From the NCBI GenBank assembly GCA_016716365.1, contig JADJWM010000017.1, forward strand, positions 258,401 to 322,400: 64,000 nt of DNA, in the 5' to 3' direction. This stretch comes from Chloracidobacterium sp. GTDB lineage: Bacteria > Acidobacteriota > Blastocatellia > Pyrinomonadales > Pyrinomonadaceae. The position numbers and the translations under genes are program-made. Positions 56,081 to 64,000 of the stretch are shown piece by piece. The notes beneath the pieces were generated by a model that did not search any database, was not told the origin of the DNA, and was given only the letters and a program-made list of their open reading frames with translations. Each line of letters begins with the position of its first letter. Position 1 is the stretch's first letter.

Positions 56081-56334
56081 ACTTTTAACTTTAGACCCTG
56101 GTCGCCCCGTCAGGTGCAGCCGGCAATTCGATGCCGCCTTTTGTTTTCAAACCTTCTCCAAATTCTCGGATACTCAAGCAAAATTCTGAATTTTCGGGCT
56201 TCTTCGGGGTATTTCTACTTATGAAAACCCCGGTTTGGACACGATTATTCCAACGTTATTCGACCGGGGCGAACTCTGTTCTTAATGGAACAAGTATTGC
56301 CTAAAATTAAGGCGGAGAGGTTTGCCCGGCTTCC

Positions 56335-59292
56335 ATGAAAGCTAAAGTCCTCACAAGTTGGAGCTTGATCTGGCTGGTCTTGACCGTTTTGCTGGTCGCC
56401 GGCGGCACTCTGAATCTGCTCCAGAGGGCGACCGGCGAGCTGGTCCCGACCGACGGAGTATTGTGGGTCCAGCGGCCGGACGGGATTTATGCGGCCAAGG
56501 TTGCTAGCGGCATGGCCGCGGCCCGTCAGGGTATCTCTGTCGGCGACAAGCTCATCAACATCAGCCTCGATGGCGAGAACTTTGAAGAGGTTACTTCGGT
56601 CTCAGACATCCCGATGTACCTTGATGCCGCAGGTGTCGGCGGCAACCTTACCTACTTCTACCAGAAGCCGGCGTATTCATTCTCAAATAATTTCTACTAC
56701 GCCGACCTGAAGAATATCGACACGCTTCCACGGTGGTCGGCCTCGATAATCCTGTTGACCATCGTCGGGATAATTTGGCTCGGCGTCGGCGGTTTTGTGC
56801 TGTTCAAACAGGGTAGCCGGTCGCCGTTTGTTCTGCATTTCGCGACCATCTGTCTGGCGGCCTTCGTTTTTCATGTTTATCGTTCGCTGAATTCGGGACA
56901 GGATTTCGACCTGGCCGTGAGTCTGGTCGATGACATAGCTTTTGCGTTTTTTGCGCCTTTGTTCCTTCATTTTTGTTTTCGCTATCCGGTGCGGAGCGAG
57001 GTGCTTGACGCAGCCCCGTGGAAGACCTACGTGCTCTATGTCCCCGCGATCCTTTTGACGGCCGCCCTGCTGTTCTTTTCGCTTGGCCAGCTGCTGCCGA
57101 TACGATCGGCTGCGACCGGCATTCGCGAATTCAATTCCGCCTGGAACCTATTTCCGAACCTTAACCTTTCGCTGTTGATCCACTTCGTTTCGGGAGTGAC
57201 GGGCGGGGCGGTCATCCTGATCTGGAGGTTCCTTACCAGCCGCCAGACCATCGTCAGACAGCGCCTGAAGTGGGCCATGTGGGGAACGCTCGCTTCGGTG
57301 TTCCCGATACTTGTGTTTCAGATCGCCCGGCGTTTCCTTTATTTGCCCGAGGACACGCTGTCGACCGCCATCACAACGCTGCCTCTTGCGCTTATCCCCT
57401 TAAGTTTCGGCCACTCGGTCGTCCGTTACCGGCTGATGGACGTCGACGTCGTCGTTCGCCGTGCATTGGTCTATGCGATGACGACCGTCGCGATCGCGAT
57501 GATGATCGGTGCCGTTGCACTAGGTCTCGTATTTTTTGCCGTCGGCCAGGACCTGTCGCGGACCGAGATCACGCTGCGTGCCCTGATCGCGATCATTGCG
57601 ATGGCGGCCATCATCATGCTCAGCGAGCCGTTGAAGAATTTCCTGCAGGAGAGGGCGGACCGGTTCTTTTACGGCACCAGGTATGACCTGCGGCAGGGAC
57701 TTCTGGATTTTGGCCGAACGCTTTCGGCCACCACGGCGATGGAACCGCTGCTCGAATCCTTGTCTGCTCGGTTGAAAGAGGTACTGGACGTCGAGAAGGT
57801 CGCTATATTCGTCGAGGACGATTCTGCAGAGGGCGGTTACCGTATCGCCAGGTCTTCCGGCCTTGACGATGCATTCAAGATGCCTTTGGACTTCAAGCAG
57901 ATGATCCGTGAGAAGTCGGCCGAACGGGGAGTGGTCCGGGCGGATGAATTTGAACCGCTGGAGGCGGACACTTCCGAGGTGAACGGCAACGGCAAACATC
58001 CAGTCCGGCAGGAATTGCACTATTTCGTCCCCTGCGTGGTGCGTTCCAAAATGGTTGCCGTGATCGGCCTCGGCCGCGGACGTGACGGTTCGCTTCTGTC
58101 GTCCGAGGACCTGGACATCCTGAAGACCGTCTCCGGCTACATTGCCGTGGCGATCGAGAACAGCCGGCTTTACCAGGAACAGCGGGCACACACCGAAGAA
58201 CTTGCCCTGCTCAAGGAATTCAACGAGTCCATAGTCGAATCTGTAAACGTCGGCTTGCTGGCGGTCGATGAGGACGGCCGGATCAAACGATGCAATTCGA
58301 CGTTTGAGGAAATGATGGGCTTCAGCCGGGAAGAGGCGATCGGCAAAGCGGTCGATGACGTCTTTGAACCTGCGTTCGCCGCGAACCTCGGCAACATTCT
58401 CGGCAAGTCGAAATGGCATCTGACCGAGATCCGGAATGCTTACAAGCTGCACACCACCGACCGGAAGGGCCGTTCTCTGATCCTCAACGTGGCCGTTGCC
58501 CCGCTAAGGTCGGTCTCGAACTCGCAAACCGGTGCGATCGTCGTACTCGAGAATGTCTCGTCTCGCGTCAAACTTGAAGAGACGCTCCAGCAGAGCGAAA
58601 AACTTTCCAGCATCGGCCTTCTCGCGGCGGGTGTCGCTCACGAGGTGAATACGCCGCTGACCGGTGTGTCCAGCTATACGCAGATGCTTCTCGGGATGAT
58701 CCCGGACACCGATCCGAAGCATGAATTGCTAAAGAAAATGCAGCGTCAGACCGATCGCGCGTCGAACATCGTGGGAAACCTGCTGAATTTTTCACGCACA
58801 GGGAACGCGTTTGAGACTGCCGAGATCGACATCAACAAGTTGCTCGACGACACCCTTCAGCTGCTTGAACCCCAACTTCGAAGATCGAACATCCAGATCG
58901 TTAAGGAATACGCGGCGCCGCCGCCGCTTGTACTCGGAAACGGCGGGAAGCTTCAGCAAGTATTTACGAACCTGATCCTGAACGCCCGCGACGCGATGTT
59001 CGAAGGCGGCGTGATAACCCTGAGAACTTCGGTCGGCGTTTCCGATGAGGTGAACGTTGAGGTTCAGGACAATGGGGAAGGCATCCCCTCGGCGAACCTG
59101 AAGAAGATCTTCGATCCGTTCTTTACGACGAAGGGCGTCGGCAACGGCACAGGACTGGGCCTCGCGGTCACTTACGGCATTGTTCAGGAACACGGAGGCA
59201 CGATCGAGGTGCAAAGCGAAGCCGGCCAGGGTACGAACTTCAGTCTCGTGTTTCCGGCCCCTGCCAAGATCCGGAGGCGCGCCGTCAGCTGA
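56335..59292 (+). CDS. Multidomain sensor histidine kinase (PDZ-like, polytopic membrane, GAF, PAS, HisKA, HATPase)
   Basis: PDZ-like [27 protein letters not shown]. At least 8 hydrophobic helices. H-box [21 protein letters not shown]. Confidence 0.9.
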   Translation: MKAKVLTSWSLIWLVLTVLLVAGGTLNLLQRATGELVPTDGVLWVQRPDGIYAAKVASGMAAARQGISVGDKLINISLDGENFEEVTSVSDIPMYLDAAGVGGNLTYFYQKPAYSFSNNFYYADLKNIDTLPRWSASIILLTIVGIIWLGVGGFVLFKQGSRSPFVLHFATICLAAFVFHVYRSLNSGQDFDLAVSLVDDIAFAFFAPLFLHFCFRYPVRSEVLDAAPWKTYVLYVPAILLTAALLFFSLGQLLPIRSAATGIREFNSAWNLFPNLNLSLLIHFVSGVTGGAVILIWRFLTSRQTIVRQRLKWAMWGTLASVFPILVFQIARRFLYLPEDTLSTAITTLPLALIPLSFGHSVVRYRLMDVDVVVRRALVYAMTTVAIAMMIGAVALGLVFFAVGQDLSRTEITLRALIAIIAMAAIIMLSEPLKNFLQERADRFFYGTRYDLRQGLLDFGRTLSATTAMEPLLESLSARLKEVLDVEKVAIFVEDDSAEGGYRIARSSGLDDAFKMPLDFKQMIREKSAERGVVRADEFEPLEADTSEVNGNGKHPVRQELHYFVPCVVRSKMVAVIGLGRGRDGSLLSSEDLDILKTVSGYIAVAIENSRLYQEQRAHTEELALLKEFNESIVESVNVGLLAVDEDGRIKRCNSTFEEMMGFSREEAIGKAVDDVFEPAFAANLGNILGKSKWHLTEIRNAYKLHTTDRKGRSLILNVAVAPLRSVSNSQTGAIVVLENVSSRVKLEETLQQSEKLSSIGLLAAGVAHEVNTPLTGVSSYTQMLLGMIPDTDPKHELLKKMQRQTDRASNIVGNLLNFSRTGNAFETAEIDINKLLDDTLQLLEPQLRRSNIQIVKEYAAPPPLVLGNGGKLQQVFTNLILNARDAMFEGGVITLRTSVGVSDEVNVEVQDNGEGIPSANLKKIFDPFFTTKGVGNGTGLGLAVTYGIVQEHGGTIEVQSEAGQGTNFSLVFPAPAKIRRRAVS

Positions 59293-59294
59293 CC

Positions 59295-60560
59295 TCACGC
59301 ATCCCGCTCAGCTCGTCTCCTGAGAAATAACGAAGCTCCAAGTGCGATCATCATGATCCCCGATGCGGTCCAAAAGGTCCGATAGATCGTCATTTCATCC
59401 ACCCGGTCGAAAGCATTGTTTAGAAGAACACCGCCGATCATCGGCCCGACGGCACGCGCAAGGCTTGCGCCTGACTGGACGATCCCCAGCGACGTTCCCT
59501 GGTCTTCGTCGCTTGAGACCTTTGAAACAAGGCTCGTAAGCGACGGTGAAGCGAGGGCGTTTCCGAGCGAAAGCAGAATGCAAACGCCCAAAAGGGCCAA
59601 GAGCCCGCCCGAATCCGGGCCGATCATCGGTAATACGTACAGGCTGATGGCCATTGCGAGGCATCCGATCGGCGTCAACCGCGTCTCGCCAAATCGACGC
59701 GCAAGCCGAGCGAAGAGGAAACCCTGCCCGATGATCGCGACGATCCCCACAAAGGCAAACAAATAGCCGTTCTGCTCGGCGGTGTATCCATACCTGAAGC
59801 TTGTAAACAGCACGAAAGCATAGGTCATTATCGAGAAAGCCGTTACCAGGAAAAAGTAACTCACGTTGATCAGTGCGAACGTGCGGTCCGCGAAACGGTC
59901 GAGGAATGATCTCGCGTTGTCCGTGGCGCCGGGCTCTCCGTTCCCCGTCTTACGAACAAGCGATTCCGGGAGAAAGAAGTAAACCGCACCTGCGCTCGTC
60001 AGCGAAAAGCCGGCCGCGAAAAAGAAAGGGAGCTGGATGCTGAATTTGCTAAGGACACCGGCGATCGCCGGGCCCATAACGAACCCGAGGCCGAATGCCG
60101 CCCCGAAGAGGCCCATCCCCTTTGCCCGGTTCTCCCTGGTCGTAACGTCTGCGACGTAGGCCTGCGCGGCCGAAATGTTGGCCCCGGTGATGCCGCTTAC
60201 GATCCGGCCGATGAAGACCATCGCCAGCGAACCCGCGAGTCCGATTATCATATAGCCGGCCGCGCTCCCGATCAGACTCAGGAACAGAATTGGCCGTCGT
60301 CCATGCCGGTCTGAAAGCCGGCCGAGCAAGGGCGAAAAGAAGAACTGCATCCAGGAATAGACCGAAAGCAGAAGCCCTATCTCGAACGGCGTGGCGAGGA
60401 ACGGTGAGTACTCGGCATAAAGCGGAAGGATCGGGATGATCATCCCAAAGCCGACCAAGTCGATGAAGACGACCAGGAAGATCACCGCAAGAGGCGCCGT
60501 GAAGAACTTTTCCTTTCCGGGTACGCCTTCGCTGTCGGGTTTTTCTGTTTCAAGGGTCAT
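59295..60560 (-). CDS. MFS transporter (TCR/Tet-like)
   Basis: 12 TM. GRLSDRHGRRP motif A. Confidence 0.9.
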   Translation of the reverse strand: MTLETEKPDSEGVPGKEKFFTAPLAVIFLVVFIDLVGFGMIIPILPLYAEYSPFLATPFEIGLLLSVYSWMQFFFSPLLGRLSDRHGRRPILFLSLIGSAAGYMIIGLAGSLAMVFIGRIVSGITGANISAAQAYVADVTTRENRAKGMGLFGAAFGLGFVMGPAIAGVLSKFSIQLPFFFAAGFSLTSAGAVYFFLPESLVRKTGNGEPGATDNARSFLDRFADRTFALINVSYFFLVTAFSIMTYAFVLFTSFRYGYTAEQNGYLFAFVGIVAIIGQGFLFARLARRFGETRLTPIGCLAMAISLYVLPMIGPDSGGLLALLGVCILLSLGNALASPSLTSLVSKVSSDEDQGTSLGIVQSGASLARAVGPMIGGVLLNNAFDRVDEMTIYRTFWTASGIMMIALGASLFLRRRAERDA

Positions 60561-60648
60561 GCGGAGGGCCTTATCACGGCAAACGCTCCATCTATAGTAA
60601 GATATTCGAAGTTCAATCCTTATTCGTAGAGCGGAGTTTGCACTATAA

Positions 60649-62508
60649 ATGAAGTATATTCCTGTCGGTAAACTGGCTATCTTCCTTTTCTTATTATCGT
60701 TTCTGCCTATGCCACGAGAAGCTCACGGTCGGCCGCTGCCTTCGGAGAGAAAGTCGGCCAGGGCCGCGCAGAAGCAGGCGGCCCAACCCGAGATCGCTTA
60801 TACGGTCTCAATGGAGCGGCCGTGGACGCATCTGCTCGCGGTCGAAATGAAGCTGAAATGGACCGCAGCCCCCCAGCGGGTCGAGCTAAAGATGCCGGTG
60901 TGGACGCCGGGCAGCTATTTGATCCGCGAATACGCGCGCCACGTCCAGGGTTTCGGCGCAAAGGCGGGAGCGAACTCGCTCGCCTGGCGGAAGCTGAACA
61001 AGAACACCTGGGAGATCGACACCAAAGGTGCCCGCGAGGTTACGGTCACCTACAGCGTCTATTCCAACGAACTAACCGTTCGCACGAACGAGCTGAACGA
61101 CGAACACGCGTTCTGGAACAATGCCGCGCTCCTGCTTTTCCCAAAAGGTGGGCTCGGCCTGCCGTCGACAGTTACCGTTCGCCCCTATCAAAACTGGAAG
61201 GTGGCGACCGGGTTGCCGAAGGTCGCCGGAGCGGAAAATGTATTTCGAGCGCCCAATTTCGATATTCTCTACGATTCACCCTTTGAGGTAAGCGACTTTA
61301 ACGAAACGACCTTTGACGTTGCCGGCCGCCCGCATCGGATCGTGATCACAGGCGAGGGGAATTACGACCTCAAGCTGTTGGCAAGGGACATCACGAAGAT
61401 CGCCGAAGAGTGCCGCAAGATCTTTGGCGACATGCCTTTCGACGACTATACGATCATAGTCAACCTCCGCGGCGGAGGCGGCCTCGAGCACCTGAACTCT
61501 ACCGCGCTTCAGTGGAACCGGTTCGGATTCAAACCGCACTCGCGTTACGTCGATTTTCTGAATCTCGTTGCGCACGAATACTTCCATTTATGGAATGTGA
61601 AGAGGATCAGGCCCGATGCACTCGGCCCGTTCGATTACGAGAACGAGAACTATACAAAGCTGCTTTGGGTGGCTGAGGGCATGACCTCCTATTACGAGGG
61701 CATCCTTCTGCGGCGTGCCGGCCTTATCACCGATAGGGCTTTCCTTGACGGCAAAGCGTCGATGATCGGTCAACTGCAGGCGAGGCCGGGGCGGTTCGAA
61801 ACAAGCCTCGAAGACGCGAGTCTTGACGCCTGGATCAAGTATTACCGGCAGGACGCAAACTCCGTCAATAACCAGATCTCTTATTACGATAAGGGCGATC
61901 TTGTCAGCATGCTGCTCGACATAACGATCCGGACCGCCTCCAGCGGACAGCGTTCATTGGATGATGTCCTGCGGCTCCTTTACCGCGAATACGGGATGAA
62001 GGGCCGGAATTTTTCTCCCGCCGACTTTGAGGCGGCGGCGGAACAGGTCGCAGGCCGTCAACTCGATGACTTTTTCGAGAAGTATGTTCGGGGCGTTGCC
62101 GAGCTTGACTATGACGCGATCCTCAACGGGATAGGTTTGAAATTGAACGCGACCGAGCCGAATCGAAACCGGGCATATATCGGGGCGGACATGACGGAAG
62201 ACGGCGGCCGGTTGACCATACGAGCCGTACCTTCGGATACGCCCGCCTACGAGCAGGGCCTGAACGTCGGCGACCAGATCGTTGCGGTGGACGGTTATCG
62301 GGCGAGCCAGGTCTTCCTCCAATCCTATATCGGCGAAAAGAAACCGAACGAACGCGTTAAGTTGACGATCTTCAGGTTCGACCGGCTTCGCGAGGTCGAT
62401 TTTCTACTCGGCAGTAATCTGCGCAAAAGTTACCGGATCGTTCCGGTCGAAAAACCGTCGGAAACGCAGTCCCGCCTGTACAAGGACTACTTGAATGCTG
62501 ACCTTTGA
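60649..62508 (+). CDS. M61-family glycyl aminopeptidase with C-terminal PDZ
   Basis: HEYFHLWNVKRIRP zinc motif. PDZ-like GLNVGDQIVAVDG. Confidence 0.9.
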   Translation: MKYIPVGKLAIFLFLLSFLPMPREAHGRPLPSERKSARAAQKQAAQPEIAYTVSMERPWTHLLAVEMKLKWTAAPQRVELKMPVWTPGSYLIREYARHVQGFGAKAGANSLAWRKLNKNTWEIDTKGAREVTVTYSVYSNELTVRTNELNDEHAFWNNAALLLFPKGGLGLPSTVTVRPYQNWKVATGLPKVAGAENVFRAPNFDILYDSPFEVSDFNETTFDVAGRPHRIVITGEGNYDLKLLARDITKIAEECRKIFGDMPFDDYTIIVNLRGGGGLEHLNSTALQWNRFGFKPHSRYVDFLNLVAHEYFHLWNVKRIRPDALGPFDYENENYTKLLWVAEGMTSYYEGILLRRAGLITDRAFLDGKASMIGQLQARPGRFETSLEDASLDAWIKYYRQDANSVNNQISYYDKGDLVSMLLDITIRTASSGQRSLDDVLRLLYREYGMKGRNFSPADFEAAAEQVAGRQLDDFFEKYVRGVAELDYDAILNGIGLKLNATEPNRNRAYIGADMTEDGGRLTIRAVPSDTPAYEQGLNVGDQIVAVDGYRASQVFLQSYIGEKKPNERVKLTIFRFDRLREVDFLLGSNLRKSYRIVPVEKPSETQSRLYKDYLNADL

Positions 62509-63856
62509 CCTTAAGAAGCGATTCGGCTTCCGCTATCGAAACAAAGGGATCCGGCCGGCCGCGTTTGCGGTCATTGTGGCGATTTTTGCAGGTTGCGCGC
62601 CCGAGCCCGAGGTGCCCTCGGCCCCTGTGATCACCCGTTTGGCCGAGGTGCCGTCCGTCCGGCTCAACTTTCGCTACGAGGGGGACGTTCCGCCACCTTC
62701 GGACACGCAGGCTGAGAAGAACACCGAACGAAACGCGGCCGTCCAGGACGATTTCGACCGCAACCGCCCGCATGAGCAGCTTGAACGGACCCTCTTATCT
62801 CCGGACGGCAAACGTGTCCTTGCGGTGTATTCCCGGTTGGGCGATCAGCCGGCCGAGTTCCGGCTGGATATGTACTCCGCCGAAGGCCAACTGCTTACGA
62901 TCGTGACCGGCGACTCGATGGCGGTACATTTTCCCGACACCATCCGGTGGTCGCCCGATTCGGCCAATCTGGCTTTTGTGGCGATGACACGCGCAGCGGC
63001 ACAACCACAGGCCATGCAGACACCCGCCGAAGCTCCGCCGGCAACAACTCCGTCTGAAACGGAACCGGCGAATGCCAATGCCGAAACACCCGATCCCGAG
63101 GCGAATGCCGATAGCGGGCTGCCGACGGCCCCGACGCCGGCCCCGGCGGCAAATGTACTGACCTTTCGGACCGAACAGATCTATATCTGTAATTCCGACG
63201 GCGGCGGATTGAGGCCGGTGACACAGAACGAGGGGCTCATCTACTTTTACTATGTTTGGGCGCCTGACAGCTCGATGCTGGCCGCATTGGCCGCCACCAG
63301 CCGGGAATGGCAGTTCCTTGAATTCAAGGCCAACGAGAACAGCGAACAATTCGTTCCGATCGGCCGCCCGAGGGTGATCGAGAAGAACGGCCGCGAACGC
63401 AGGTTGGACGATGGGCTGACGGCGGTCCATCCGGTTTGGTCGCCTGATTCGGCCAAGGTCGCATGCGCTTTCGACAAACAGGTCCGCATTTACGATGCAG
63501 CCGGGGACAGTCCGACCCAGGCGGCGATCCCGCTTCGCAACTACCTTCTTCTTTCATCGCAGGCTTACGACCGCGCCCAACAGGCCGAGCTGAATGCCGC
63601 AAACGAAGCGACTCCCGCCGCCGATCAGACTAATTCAGCGAATGCGAACACGAATCCGGCCGCGCTGACACTTCCGGACGAGGCCAGTCTCGTGTCCTTT
63701 AACCCGATCATCCTTCTGAACTGGCCTTCGGATGACCTCCTTTATTTCCAGACGGCCTACCTGAAGCGAATGAAGAATGAGGCCGATAGCGTGATGAGCT
63801 TTCCGCGATGGCACCGGCTGATCTTGACGCCGCAGGCATCGCTGTTTACCAGGTGA
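62495..63856 (+). CDS. Lipoprotein with PD40/TolB-like repeats and low-complexity Pro/Ala/Thr linker
   Basis: Lipobox IFAGC. WSPDS repeats. Confidence 0.6.
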   Translation: MLTFDLKKRFGFRYRNKGIRPAAFAVIVAIFAGCAPEPEVPSAPVITRLAEVPSVRLNFRYEGDVPPPSDTQAEKNTERNAAVQDDFDRNRPHEQLERTLLSPDGKRVLAVYSRLGDQPAEFRLDMYSAEGQLLTIVTGDSMAVHFPDTIRWSPDSANLAFVAMTRAAAQPQAMQTPAEAPPATTPSETEPANANAETPDPEANADSGLPTAPTPAPAANVLTFRTEQIYICNSDGGGLRPVTQNEGLIYFYYVWAPDSSMLAALAATSREWQFLEFKANENSEQFVPIGRPRVIEKNGRERRLDDGLTAVHPVWSPDSAKVACAFDKQVRIYDAAGDSPTQAAIPLRNYLLLSSQAYDRAQQAELNAANEATPAADQTNSANANTNPAALTLPDEASLVSFNPIILLNWPSDDLLYFQTAYLKRMKNEADSVMSFPRWHRLILTPQASLFTR

Positions 63857-63860
63857 AGCT

Positions 63861-64000
63861 ATGAATTACGAAACGATCGCCGATATCTACACGGCGAATG
63901 ACAAGATCAGGGACCGTCTTCTCGCGTTGATCGATTCGCTGGACGAGGAAGAGGCGGCGGTGGTCCCGGACGGCGAGAACTGGTCGGCCGCGATGATCGT
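63861..64000 (+). CDS. DinB-family-like protein (3' partial)
   Basis: ATG at 63861, open to the window end. N-terminal helix pattern with ...ENWSAAMI resembles DinB_2 proteins. Confidence 0.35.
   Translation, partial: MNYETIADIYTANDKIRDRLLALIDSLDEEEAAVVPDGENWSAAMI

Overview
This 64-kb high-GC window looks like a bacterial chromosome. The gene content suggests an Acidobacteriota-like organism: CarboxypepD_reg outer-membrane barrels, PD40 and WG repeat proteins, and many secreted TPR proteins. That placement is inference only.

The window has two parts.

(1) Accessory island, about 2.16-19.9 kb (roughly 17.7 kb). It sits between a TonB-dependent receptor gene with its terminator and tRNA-Leu(CAG). 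It encodes plasmid/ICE-type functions almost entirely on the + strand:
- a Zn-finger/Toprim protein;
- a split N6-adenine methyltransferase plus strawberry-notch-type helicase;
- a sensor-less sigma54 activator;
- a tightly coupled operon encoding a ubiquitin-like conjugation set: small beta-grasp candidate, E2-like, JAB/JAMM and ThiF/E1-like. It resembles the uncharacterised PRTRC cassette and has an ERF annealase gene embedded in it;
- DUF2958;
- a four-gene cassette of AAA+ ATPase, DUF1257, DUF2997 and an NrdG-like radical SAM enzyme.

No intact integrase, relaxase or T4SS is present. Only an Xis-like HTH ORF and a possible integrase remnant lie next to the tRNA.

(2) Ordinary chromosome, 20-64 kb:
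- yggS-yggT-yggU and yebC;
- hydrolases and peptidases;
- a CHASE3 two-component relay;
- aromatic amino acid catabolism genes (hmgA, hppD, phhA, lrp) interrupted by a DUF433/DUF5615 toxin-antitoxin pair;
- gltX and tRNA-Ser(GCU);
- a large PDZ-GAF-PAS histidine kinase, an MFS transporter and an M61 peptidase.

Oddities in this part are a 67-bp direct repeat that creates a chimeric DUF1801 gene, and a frameshifted methyltransferase.

All family names come from motif and sequence recognition by eye. No database search was run.
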